Assembly: GCA_013265495.1 (NCBI GenBank)
Contig: MU061814.1
Coordinates: 5,459,684 to 5,523,683 of the forward strand
Source of the DNA: Vicugna vicugna
Taxonomy: Eukaryota
Direction of reading: 5' to 3'
Length of the DNA: 64,000 nt
Made by a program: the position numbers and the translations under genes. Below the pieces are notes generated by a model. That model searched no databases and was not told the DNA's origin. It was given only the letters and a program-made list of their open reading frames with translations. Below, piece by piece: positions 22,782 through 34,300 of the stretch. The first letter of the stretch is position 1, and each line of letters opens with the position of its first letter.

Positions 22782-24460
22782 GATTTCAAAGGAGAAAGAC
22801 AAGCACATTCGATACCATTTTGACTTTGAAGACAACACCTACACACAGGTCCACACACACACGGGGACCGAAGACATGCTTACCTGACATTTCAAGTCAC
22901 AGCAATTTCCAGCTAATCTGGAAAGCAGGTAACAGTGAGTGCAGAAAGAATACGCCACGGATTTAAGCTCTTCTAAGATGGCCCCTGCACAGCAGCGCCT
23001 CAGAAGGCAGTGACCCTGCCCCCTGCGCAGCGCGGCCTACGCCTTGGACTTTGAGGGCATTCAGCAGGCTTCCCAGTCGGAGAAGCAGAGCCCCGCCGAT
23101 TCACTAGGGAAGGGTGGGGTGCTCAGGGCCAGCGTCCAGCCTGACGGGTCTTCCTTCCACGAGTAAGGCCCTAGGACATCGGACCAGCTGAGACCCCAAG
23201 TCCCCAGGAGTGCAGCTGTCAGCCCCCACGGCCCTGCGCTGAGCTCATGTCCAAAGTGGAAAAGATGGTCAGCTGGGTCAGGGGACCCAGGCTTTCTCCT
23301 GGCCTCTGAAATAACACTGCCAGGCCTGTGACAGGACAGTGCCCTAGCCTCTCTGGGGACAAGTCATAAAGACACACAAGGACAGAAGGTCCCCCGAGCC
23401 TGAGCGGCTCTGGATGCGCGCTGAGCGCAGAAGGGGACTGGGCTGGGGCTGGGGCTCCGCCTGGACACGGCTCCCTGCGCTGACCCATGACAGCGCTGTG
23501 GAGACACTGACCGAGGGCAGCCCACGGGGGCTCCCTGGCTCAGGGCACGGTTTAAACACCTGTGTCTTCACCTGCTTCTCAAGTGTGACTCATTCTGTCC
23601 AATGTTCAGGAGGTGAGGGACACCTGTGAGATCTCACAGGTATAAAACGGCTTCCAGGCCTGGGGTGTGCTGGTCTCTCGCCTCTACGATCCGCTCTCTA
23701 CTCCAGCGTGAGCATCTTCTCCTCCACACACTCCCACAGTGGCCGACCCGTCAGCCCCTCCAGTGGACTGGCAGCCCCTTGAAGCCAGAGCTCCATGCCC
23801 ACTCAGGCCTGAGCCTTGTGCGCTGCACAGAGAACTGAGGGGAACAGAGGGTGTGGACCCTGGCAACACTTACTGGGCACGTGACCTCGGGCGAGAGGCT
23901 GCCTTGGGCAGGGCAGGCTGCTCCCTCCTGCAGGGCTGCCGTGGGGGCAGGGCACTCCTGCCGGGCTGTGGGGCCAGTGCTTGCCGGGCAGCACGTGCTC
24001 AAACCCGCTGGCCACCTGGCCGAGGGATCCACCACCCTCAGGCTGGGCCAGTGCCTTCAAGGGTGCTGTGTGGAGATGGGAGAGACACTCCCTGGCTCAC
24101 CTTCCCCACACACGCACACCACGAATCCAGGACACACGCCCAGCCTTGCACACGCTCATGCACGCACACGACACACCCCCCACCCGGCCCAGACACCCCA
24201 ACGCTTGTACCCAGGGGGCACCAAGTCATGCTGTGAGTATGTGAAGTGGTTCAGGTAGGTACCCTGGGTGGGGTCAAGGCTGGCGTACAAGTGTGCAGAG
24301 AATACAGGTGTCAGCGTCAAACCCTGACAGCAAGAGGAGCAGACACACACCCACCAGGTCACGCAAGCGCAGACCTGGAAACCCCTAAATTGGAAAACGT
24401 CTTTTAAAAGCTTATGGGGAAATTTCTGTATAATTGTGTATCTAAAACCCTTCTTCCTAC

Positions 24461-24466
24461 TTTATT
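24461..24466 (-). terminator. DIDO1: Candidate proximal intronic poly(A) signal (AATAAA with overlapping ATTAAA)
   Basis: Minus strand CATTAAAATAAAGTAGG in an AT-rich island within GC-rich intron 15. Confidence 0.4.
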
Positions 24467-26105
24467 TTAATGAAACCCATCTGTTCCTGATGGTGGATGA
24501 AAATCCGCAGGCTTTTGGAAGCGTCAGGCTCAGGAATGTGGGGGACAAGAGTGATGTCCACTCCACTGGTCACTGAGTGTGTCCAGGTGGTCAGCGCCCA
24601 TCACGCCTGGCGGATGAGGCGAGTGTCCCTGCCCAGCCCTCTGTGTCACCCAGGGAGTGCCCCATGCAGCCCCTCCCCCACCAGCCGGGCCATCGCCCAG
24701 CAGTGCACCCACAACACGCCAGCTCCTGCTGCAGCTCCAGTGGGGGGATCTCCCTGGGTGGCCCCCGGTCCCTCCTGTCCCCGCCTCATCAGGCCTGACC
24801 TTGTCCGCCCCTCTCCCCGCAGGGCCTGGCGGGCCCCTGCTCACCTGGCAGGCTGCACCAGGACGGAGTCTGCAGGTGCAGTGATGAGGGCACAGATAAG
24901 CTCAAGGTGCTCTCATCACCTCCCAGTTCCAGTCTCTGGACGTCACAGTGTGTGCGTCCCAGGGGACCTACGCTCACCCTGGGTCCCCACACCGGCCGCT
25001 GCCCTCGTGACTGACCAGACGCTCTTCGCGGTGTCAGGAGGCGGCTCCGTCCTCACCGCTGGTGCCATCAGGAGCAGGTGTCCAGGGGGCTGCCCGCCCA
25101 GAGCCTCTGCTGAGGCCCCTCTGCCACCCATTGGGTGGCACCTCCTGGCTGGGGTGTGGGGCACAGCAGTGCGCTTGGCTCCCAGGGCACTGGCATTAAA
25201 GTAACTGTGTGTGTCGCATGGTGAACACTGGACGTCGTGGGCATGAAGAGCGCAGCCCCACACGTGTTAAGAATGTGCCATGGTCGGGACCCGGGGAGGC
25301 ACCTAGCTGGTCCAGGTGCCGTGTGACTGAGCGCGTGCCGAGGACACGGAGCCGCCGGCAGCGTGAGCAATGCTCTGGGTGGCAGCCCCTCTGCTAGAAG
25401 AACAGAACGCCTCCGAGAGCATTGCCCGCGAGTCAGGCGTGCCTTCAGGGGTCGTCAGTCCTTGGGGCCGTGGAGACGCTTCCGCCTGGGCAGCTTTCCA
25501 TGCAACTTAAGTCGCATCAGCCTCTCCTGAGGGGCTGAGAGGAACTGGGCCCCCGGAGACCGCGTTCCCCCGGAGTCTCCCCCAGCCCCGGACAAGCCTG
25601 CGTGTGCTTTCAGGCTGACCCCTGAGTAAACCTTCGGAGTCAGTGCTTTCTAAGGAATGCGCAACTAGAAAGAGGCCTGCCAGAGAGAAGCTCTCGAGGG
25701 CAGGTGCAAGCGTGACTGTTGCTAGAACTCCTTTCTATTTCACTGCTGTTTCTTGCATCTCCTTGAAATGAACCCCCATGAACAGGAGGAGGGAAGGCGG
25801 GGACCCGCCAGGCCTCACCTGTCCCTGCTCTGCTGTGTGTGAACTGAGGCTCCGACAGGCAGCTGGCCTGGATGCTGCAAGTCCTTCTGCTGCAGGGCAC
25901 TTCTCTAAGACAGTCTATGCTGATAATACGGGTGCTCTGGTGCCAGCCTCAAACACCCCTGAAGCTGAGTTCTGTGGCTAATGCTGCTGCCCCCGAACCC
26001 CAGTCCTGCCCCGAGTGCCGCGGCTGGGCCAGGCAGCAGGTCTGCCCAGTGGCACGGTCTGAGGACCCGGTGTCACGGTGGGGGGGGATGTGAGGGACCA
26101 GAAAG

Positions 26106-26116
26106 TCAGTGCTTAC
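26106..26116 (-). CDS. DIDO1: Intron-15 read-through C-terminus (G-K-H-stop) of the medium isoform Dido2, predicted 1177 aa
   Basis: G|GT AAG CAC TGA directly after exon 15. Exons 3-15 sum to 3523 coding nt. A Dido2 read-through isoform is known in human and mouse (from memory). Confidence 0.65.
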
Positions 26117-26312
26117 CTGGCCCCTCAAAAGGCAAGAGCTTGGACGGGATGGGGTCCCTGGCGCTCAGCGGGATCAGGTAGAGGTCCTTGACGTGCCTGC
26201 TGTTGTTGGCGACCACACCGAAGCGGCCGCGGCTGCTGAAATAGGAGTACAGAGAGATGTAGGCCACCTCCTCCTCCTCCGTCGCGGGGTGAAAGCGGAT
26301 CAGACACAGCTC
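26117..26312 (-). CDS. DIDO1: DIDO1 exon 15 (ELCLIRFHPATEEEEVAYISLYSYFSSRGRFGVVANNSRHVKDLYLIPL...FEGP; SPOC domain)
   Basis: Acceptor ccgcag|, donor G|GTAAGC, 196 nt phase 0 to 1. Confidence 0.97.
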
Positions 26313-27126
26313 CTGCGGCAGACAGGACAGAGGGGCGCTGACTCGCGGCCGCTCTGCAGGCCCGGCTGGCACTCTGCGCTGAGCCCCAAAAGCAGCCCGA
26401 GGCGAGCGCGCCAGCGGGGCCTCTGGCTCTGGCTTTCACAGTCCTGCTGTTCAGTGCGTCCGAGTGACGGAGCGGTAAAGAGGACGCAGGCCCCAGTCTC
26501 TGGCCTGCGGGGTCCGGTCTTGGCCTTGGCAGGAACCCCTTTAAAATCACTTCTACTTATGGCCCCAGTGTCTTCAAAACCGAGCCTGCCTCGCAGAGTT
26601 CTCGCACGACCACATGATCTATAAGGGTGTCTGACACAGAGCGAGTATGCGCCAGAGGCGTGGTGACCGACCCATGAGAGCCGTCTGCGACTCTAAATGG
26701 GAGGGCTGACCTCGAGAGGGAGGGTCGTCGCCCTCCTGTGACCCCCGCAAAAACCGCAGCCCCATCCCCAAAGAGCACCGCACACATAGGCACAGCTGCG
26801 TGGAAGCCAGCAGGGTCACAGGAGCCCGAGGCCATCGGGAGCCCAGTCCCACGCCCCAGCCAGGCTGTCTCCTGCCCCACCTCCACTTCAGCAGCCAGAT
26901 ACCACCAAGCGACAGTACTTCTACTCGCACTGAACTGCACGGACATCACCAAACACATTCTCACACGGCTAGCCAGCGCTACATTCAATTTTAAACATTC
27001 GCCAGGAAATACTTCAAAAGCTATAGACCTTTCAAGTATTGACCCACTGAGATGAGAAGGGAGAGAAAGAGCTGTGTGAACAAACCCCTCTTCCGTGGGT
27101 GCAGAGGTTAGACTGTGAGCAGGTAC

Positions 27127-27216
27127 CTTAGACACAGAAGACTTGAGTTTGCCGACATAATCCCAAACCGTCCTCGGGGCGATCCTCCCACCGATGTGAA
27201 TTGTGTCGGGCAGGTC
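27127..27216 (-). CDS. DIDO1: DIDO1 exon 14 (DLPDTIHIGGRIAPRTVWDYVGKLKSSVSK; SPOC)
   Basis: Acceptor tttgtttag|, donor AAG|GTACCT (non-consensus +4 to +6), 90 nt phase 0 to 0. Confidence 0.95.
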
Positions 27217-27812
27217 CTAAACAAAACGCACTTTTGAGTAAATGACCAATAAAACCGTGGCGTTCACAGAGAGACTGACGCGGTCATTTCCAGGCACCAA
27301 GCTCCCCATGACTCACAAGCACTCACTCAGGAAACTACAGCTACTCCAACGAGAACAGCAGCGGCCGCACTAACGCCACCGAGCTGGCGAGCACCAGGGC
27401 ACAAGCGACCGGCCACAAGGCTGCTGCGACGCGCACCACCTGCTAGGCAGGACTGACGGCAGCCTTCTAGACCACGCACGCCAGGCAGGAGGACCTGCAT
27501 GGTCACAGCTACGACCGGGCCCTCGACACCCAGGGTGCGCACGAGCCCCTGGGCAACAGAGGTAGGAGGAAGCCGAGCTTCAGCTTTTCTGGAAAGTCGA
27601 AAGGTCTGATTTCTCATCTGAATTTCTGCCACCGTCCTAACTGCTGGGCCTGCCGACTCGGTCCCACAGTCTCAACTCTGGCCTCTAGGGGCGCTCGTGC
27701 GTCCGCTCAGCGGGACGCTGGCACAAGGCCGACTCCAGCACCCAGATCAGAGTGTCTTGAGAGACAGGTGCGCGCACACACATGCACACACGCACACACA
27801 CTCGGTTCTAAC

Positions 27813-27966
27813 CTCACTGAGATAATCAAAACATCCAGAGACAGGATACGCCTTTGTGACAAATTTTGCTACACTCTGCATGTTAATAAATCCTTTCCAA
27901 ATGGTGCTGAGTCGAGACAAGAAGAGGCTTGTATCTCCTTCTGGAGGGGACCGTGACTCTGAGGTG
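27813..27966 (-). CDS. DIDO1: DIDO1 exon 13 (TSESRSPPEGDTSLFLSRLSTIWKGFINMQSVAKFVTKAYPVSGCFDYLSE; SPOC start)
   Basis: Acceptor gttttacag|, donor GAG|GTTAGA, 154 nt phase 2 to 0. Confidence 0.96.
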
Positions 27967-28280
27967 CTGTAAAACAAAGCCACAGCAAATGAGCGAGTCT
28001 TTCTCTCTGCACAAAGGGCTTCCAAGGTACAAAGACTACACAGTTATAAAGCAAAGTGAATTCCTGCACGGTTTGATAGTTTACTTTATCAAATTAACTA
28101 CTTTGATCGTGATGACAGATAACTAGGTATCCTAAAACTGAAGCTTTAAAAAAAGCCTGTATAAAACAGGAACACTGTATCTCTGGGGAGATCTCAGAGC
28201 TGAATCGCTCGTCAGTGTGTCTTCTGTTCACCAGATATGGGACGCTGCCCAGCTCGCCAGGCCACGCCCAGAGGCCGCAC

Positions 28281-28785
28281 CTGACGCTCGGGGACGGAGT
28301 GACTGACAAGAGGTATCTGGGCTCCGGGGACGCGGACGGCTTGGCCAGGATGGACTTGGGCACTGTCACGGAGGCCACTGCAGGCTTCAGGATGTCTTGC
28401 CGGGGTTCCACCGGGGGGGCGCTGTCTGGGCGGGCTGCTGCGGGAGCTGAGATGGCGCACGGCCCGCCCGGGGCGGTTCTGGGGTCTCTGCCGGACACCG
28501 TGACCGTGGTGAGCACACCGCCACCACAGGAGACAGGGCAGGGGGTGTCTCCCAGGGTGGAGGCCTCGAGGTGGCCGTCCCCTGGAGGCGCTGGGAGCCA
28601 CTCTCCCTGCAGGCCCGGCTCCGAGGTGCTGTCAGGCAGGGCCTCTGGAGCTGCCTCGCCAGCCGAGCTGAGGGCCGGCTCAGACGGAGCGCTGGCGTGC
28701 TTGGGCTTGGGCTCCTCCTTCCCAGCAGAAGCAGACAGCCTTTGCTTCTTAGGGGCCGGCTCATCCTCAGCCACGGGAGCCTGGC
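28281..28785 (-). CDS. DIDO1: DIDO1 exon 12 (QAPVAEDEPAPKKQRL...VPKSILAKPSASPEPRYLLSVTPSPSV)
   Basis: Acceptor cttgttccag|, donor AG|GTGCGG, 505 nt phase 1 to 2, open frame. Confidence 0.93.
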
Positions 28786-28993
28786 CTGGAACAAGAGGAG
28801 AGCTTTGGTGAGGAGTCCGACCCCCTCAAGGGCAAAGCCTGCCCGCGGGCAGACGACCTCTCCCAAAAAGCAGCACTGCAAAGGTGGGGGCTGACTCCAT
28901 CAACTTCAGAAAACTAAGTTCATTTTTAAAAATCGGCTCGGACACAGCTGTCATAAGACGACTCTCCAAAGTCTCACCCCAGGTCACACTCAC

Positions 28994-29129
28994 CTGTGCA
29001 GATCTTACAGTTCAGGTCAAAGAGATGCGCCCGGTGCTGGCTGGTCGTGTCCTTCAACATGCTGCTGAAGACGTCCAGGGGGGGCGCCGGGCTCCTCTCG
29101 GGGGCTGCCCGCGCCGACTCCTGCTGCTC
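28994..29129 (-). CDS. DIDO1: DIDO1 exon 11 (EQQESARAAPERSPAPPLDVFSSMLKDTTSQHRAHLFDLNCKICT; small Zn-binding motif)
   Basis: Acceptor tgctctag|, donor G|GTGAGT, 136 nt phase 0 to 1. Confidence 0.95.
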
Positions 29130-29333
29130 CTAGAGCACCAGAGACAAGGCGGGTCACCCCGCAGCCGCGCCGGCAGCACATCACGCAACACCGCGTGATG
29201 GAGGGGAGGGCTCTGAGCACACGTGCTCCAGAGTGCGACTGCGTGTGCTTGAGCTCAGGGTCTGCCCAGTAAAGACATGGAATGGATTCGTTTTAGCCGA
29301 TTCCTGTGAGCACTGGAAGCCCCAAAGGCTCAC

Positions 29334-29438
29334 CTCTGTGTCTGACACGGGTGGAGAATCCTCCAGGTCGGGGGCAGCCTCCTGTTTCGCAGCAGGCTTC
29401 TTACTTTCATTATGCAACTTAGTTCTGGACTCCATCAC
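29334..29438 (-). CDS. DIDO1: DIDO1 exon 10 (VMESRTKLHNESKKPAAKQEAAPDLEDSPPVSDTE)
   Basis: Acceptor cctcttag|, donor GAG|GTGAGC, 105 nt phase 0 to 0. Confidence 0.95.
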
Positions 29439-29570
29439 CTAAGAGGAAAAAGACAGACCCAAGCCCTAAGCCTTCTCTCGCAGGGGGACTTGCTCCCACC
29501 ACAGCCCACTGAGTTGCTTGCTTCCGGGGCTGCACATCCCACGCCTCGAGCCGCCGCCGCCAGCACTCAC

Positions 29571-29687
29571 AGATTTTGTCGGCCTCTCCTTCCACACAGA
29601 GAGCTCTTTAGATACAAGTTCCTCTGGCTTCATCCTCACAAGTTTTGCCAAGGAGATTTCTTCGCGCAGAACACGGTGGAAGAGCCC
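29571..29687 (-). CDS. DIDO1: DIDO1 exon 9 (GLFHRVLREEISLAKLVRMKPEELVSKELSVWKERPTKS; TFIIS-M)
   Basis: Acceptor tttgtag|, donor TCT|GTGAGT, 117 nt phase 0 to 0. Confidence 0.96.
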
Positions 29688-30562
29688 CTACAAACAAGCA
29701 TCTTTCGTTCAAAACGCTTCTCTGCAAGTCAGACCCTAAGCTACCAGAGACGACACGGAGAGAGAAGCACGAGTCCTGGTCCGAAGGCCGGGGTGGGGGC
29801 CCGACCCCCTGTGAGTCAGCAGGGGCCCGGGGACCCAGGCCTGCAGGAACACGGTCAGCAGACACAGGCACAGGCCAGGGATGAAGGCAGGGGGGCCAAC
29901 AGAGCCAACGGTAAGTCTGGGTGCAACCAGCTCCTAAAGCACAGGCGGAGAAGGCCAGGCCACACTGGGGGGGGGGGGCAGGAGGCAGAGCAACCTCACT
30001 GGGCACGTGGCTAATCTTTTCGAGCCTTTATATTCAGTGATGCCAATGGAACACACTGCTCGGCCACAGTGCCAGGGGACGTGGTGTGGGGTAAGGCCCT
30101 GCAGTGAGCACTTCTCATCACTCACTGCTTAGCCAAGGAAGCCCAAACTGGCAGGCTCGCTCGGGTGACGGGGACCACAAGGAGGAAAAGGCTGTCAGAA
30201 GCCCAAGTGGGGCAATACCCACATACTAGGTAGAGACATTCCTGGGGCCCACGAAATGAACGGGAAAGTGATTTACACCCATGTTTGAAGAGACTGATCC
30301 AGTGTGATGACAATGGACGTCAGGGAGCTGGCAAGGCCCTGGGGCTCCTGGGGAGGGTGGGCAGGATAAATGACCAGCCTCCACACCAACGACATGCAGC
30401 CCCTGGCACCCGGCAGAGGACAAACAGCTCTCAGCTTTCGCAGAAAGGACACACATGCTTCTGCTTCCAACTGCTGCGTTTGGCTTATGACTGTGAGATG
30501 CAGCTCCGAGGAGCGAGGCTGCAGCCCGGCCGGGCCAGCAGCGCCCCAACAACCGCACACAC

Positions 30563-30722
30563 CTGGTTCTTGGGGTCCTTGAGGTTGAACATGATGCTGC
30601 GGTACTTGCTCTTGTACCGGTTGTCTGTCACTCGGAACAAGTTAAACATCTCCTTCTCGATGTGCAGTGCAATTTTCCCAACCTCGTTTTCGGTCATGAC
30701 TAGGTCATCACTGTCGCTGACT
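30563..30722 (-). CDS. DIDO1: DIDO1 exon 8 (VSDSDDLVMTENEVGKIALHIEKEMFNLFRVTDNRYKSKYRSIMFNLKDPKNQ; TFIIS-M)
   Basis: Acceptor ttcctcctag|, donor CAG|GTGTGT, 160 nt phase 2 to 0. YKSKYRSIMFNLKDPKN is the TFIIS-M signature. Confidence 0.97.
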
Positions 30723-30865
30723 CTAGGAGGAACAAGAGGCCCTGCGTGAGCTGCTGCACACACGTGTGGTGTTTTTAAATAGGACAAAGGACAGCTGAGA
30801 AGCAGCCATAACTTAAATGGAAAACCTTCCACTTTAACAGGTAAGAACGGAGTAGAACAGCCCAC

Positions 30866-31343
30866 CTTTTCCACAAAATCTCCTTCAAGGAGCGTCGTAT
30901 GTTTTGCCGAATCTGTGAATTTGGCTGTGATGGGGCGGCGCTTGAGGTGCCTAGACGTCCAGGGGCCGGGGAGGCCAGGGGGACAGCAGCAGCCCCAGGC
31001 TTCCTGGCTGCCCCCACTGAAGCAGCAGAGCCGGGGAACTGTCTGGGGGCAGATGTGGCGGTGCTGGGCGCCAGCCCTGCAGGCTTGGTGGCAGGAGCAC
31101 TGCCTGCAGGGGCGGCTGAGAGCCACCGCCTCTTGGGGCTGGCGCCCTTGAGGCCCAAGGGAAGCTTTCTGATGGCTGCTTTGCCCGCTGCTGTGCCAGC
31201 AAAAGGAGGGGACTTCTTTGGGACGAGATTTCTGGGCGAGGGCTGTTTGCCGCCCCCCAAGGAGCCCAGAGGACCCGTTCTCTTCGGCACTGCAGCCGCC
31301 GCCACCACCGTCTTCTCCTCCGTGCGCCTGTCCTCCTTCCCTG
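30866..31343 (-). CDS. DIDO1: DIDO1 exon 7 (GKEDRRTEEK...PNSQIRQNIRRSLKEILWK)
   Basis: Acceptor cctttgcag|, donor AG|GTGGGC, 478 nt phase 1 to 2. Confidence 0.95.
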
Positions 31344-34300
31344 CTGCAAAGGAGACAAGAAGGCTTGGTGAGGGCGCGGGGACCCCACACAGCACGCGCC
31401 CCAGACCATCAAAGGCATCCCAGGCATCGCTGAGACAGGTTTGGAAGACTGTTAAAATAACCGCGAAATTCAGAAAAGGAGTGTGTGTAAAAAGGGCTAC
31501 CAGCAACATTCATGATCGTGACCATACTTTGTTTCAGGAAGAAATGCTTTATTATTAAAACTTTTATTTCAACCAAATAACTCTTAGTTATCAAAGGCTT
31601 GACTGAAATCATTAGCTAAGCTTGAAAACTGAAGGGATGAATTTCACACCTGCAAGTTTTGGTAAACAGGAACTTAGAAAACCTTACCAAGATGGACCAG
31701 ACGCATTCTCTTTAAATGCATATTCACCCGCCTTGGGGACCCTGGGGTGTGAAAGGAGGAGCAACAGTCCACTCTCGGGGGGGGGGGGGGAGGGGGGGGG
31801 ACCAACCCCACAGGCCCTCATTCTTTCAGACAAAAGCCAACTGGATGTGATGATGTCAGTAAAACAGAGGAAGCCGGTGGGGACCTGCAGCACCAGCGGT
31901 CAGGTACCCTACACTTTGGGGGAAAGCAGGGGACAGGAGTACAAAATGCTGTCCCCAGAGTTCCCATTTACATCCCGTTAGTTGATCACTGGGTAAGATG
32001 GGGCAGCCCGTTTAATCCCGACAAGGACTGGAGTCCAGAACTAAAACAAAACAGCACCGCCGCCTCTTGCCCTGGGGCAGCCGGCGCTCTGCAGAGTGTG
32101 CGCCTCCCCGGGTCACTCTGCTTCACTCTAAAATGGCAGGCACAGTATCAAAACCCCGGCTTGCACAGGTTTTTAATGCCACGCCGATACCTCCCGCTGA
32201 CAGACCGGGTAACACTTGGTCCTGTACCAGACCTTCAGAATGACGCTCTCAGAAGCAGGGAAGCTCTAAGGCCAGTGTTGCGACCCTCGGCCCCAGGGCT
32301 TGGCCCGAGCTGCTGGGGGCCGCAGGCAGCATGTGCACTGGTGGCCCCTGCTGACACACTGCACAGAAAGGCAGGGGTCCAGAGGGGTGAAACGGAGGAA
32401 CGGGGGGTCCAGTCATGAGCGAGGGCAAGGAGGTTCAGTCCCACAGGACCAACAGAGAAACTGCCTCCCTAGAGCCAGCTTTTCTCACTAAGCCTCAAAA
32501 TCCCCCGAAACCTAAACGGGAAACTTGACAGGTGCTCCAGCGGCCTTCGAACCTCCCGAGCTCAAAGCCGGTCAGTGCTAGGGCTTCCTGTAATCGTCCC
32601 AGCGGGCCAGGGACGGAGCCTGAAATCCGGGGGGAGCTGAGCCCCCGCCAACAGGTATGGCCTGACCCCAAAACAGCTCCCCCGTGTTCACAGCCTGGGG
32701 CCCCGCGCTGCCAACGGCTGGCGTGGCCATGCTGGCAGAGGGCCAGAGCGGCCGCCAAGGCACGGGTACTGGAAGGCCAGGGGCCTCAAGCTTTTCCCAG
32801 CTTTACAGTCTGCACCAGCACCACACACATCCAGAGCTCGGGACGGCACTACAAGCCCTTCACCACCAGCTGAACCCGCGTCTCCTATTTCCATTCCACA
32901 AAGCCCCCAAGCTCAAGTCCCCTTGCCCACGGTGTCCCAACACTGGACCCCAGTGCTCGCAGGCGTCCCCTGGGCCCGTGCTACCCGTCCCGCTGCTGAG
33001 TGGCCCTGCCGATCAATATCCCCAGTCACCAACAGTCACGGCTCTAAAGGCCTCCTTCCCTTGGGAGCTGAATGTCTGAATAAAGCACAGAATGAGAACA
33101 TGACAAAGTCCGACAAAGCAAAAAATAGGGACGTAATAGGAACTGAGACTAAGAACTACATTTCTACATAAATCGTTTCATCAGATCAAGTTTATAAACC
33201 TAAGGAGGTACCGTACTTCAGTGTATGTAAATTTATTTTTACCAACTTGGATCTGGCTAACGAGGTCCGCAGCATCGAACCCACGGGACCGCCAGAGTTC
33301 AGGTTACGTCAGATGGACAGAGGCCCCTTTCCTTGGGGAAGGGACGAGCGCAGGGGCACGGCAGGACGTGGTGCGAGACATGAGCTCCAGCAGGGGATGA
33401 GCAGCAAACTTGTCCGGACTGCGATCGAGACCTAAAGCCAACCCAGTCAGTGTCTTACAAACACAAATCCTGCTGAGACGATTTTCATGGCGCACTTTCA
33501 AGTAACTCTGCTTCCAGAACCCTCATCGAGGCGCCTGAGCGTAAACGCAAGGTCCGTGATGGGCCGCAGACCTTGCCATGCGACATCTACATGGTTTCAG
33601 GTGACATCTGCTCCCTAAGATCAGTAATCCCGCAGCCCCAACTGGTGTGTGCTCACTCACGCAGGGACAACCCAAGCCAGATCACTTTTAGGACACTTCC
33701 AGTACATGATTAAAACGACCTAATCCGAAAGTGGTAACAGGAAATGGACGTCATCTCCTCAAAAAGCAGAGGAGGGCTTTCCTTAAAGACTCAGTGCTCT
33801 TCATAAATATAAAATCAGTTTCTTCTAACTTTTTAAAGTCAACTTTCATTAACCCTTACCTACACCCCTGAGAGTATTTAAGTGTAGTTAGGTAAATTAA
33901 AAAATCATTGGTAAAATGTTGAAACTGGCGGACAGCAACAGCAAGTTGGCCACGTCCCTCTTCTACTCTGAAGGAAAATGCTTAAAAACAGAAGTTACAT
34001 TTGGTCCCATGGTGAGCTGGACGTGGGTTAGCTGCTGTGGAATGACAGTGACCACTGTGCAGGGCCAGTGTCCGACAGGGAGACAAATGTTGAGTAGAGC
34101 TAAAATCAAAACCACAAATTCTTCATCCAAATTCACTTGTTGAGTATAAACTCACAGAAGAGCAAGGGATAACTAACCAACCAGAAAAAAACGGTCCTAG
34201 GGAAGCAGCAGGCCAGCACGTTCGAGTGGCTTCAGGGTATAGCAGACTCCCCCAGGGATGCCGAACCCCTCGCTGGTCAGCAACCCCTAAGCTGCAGCAC

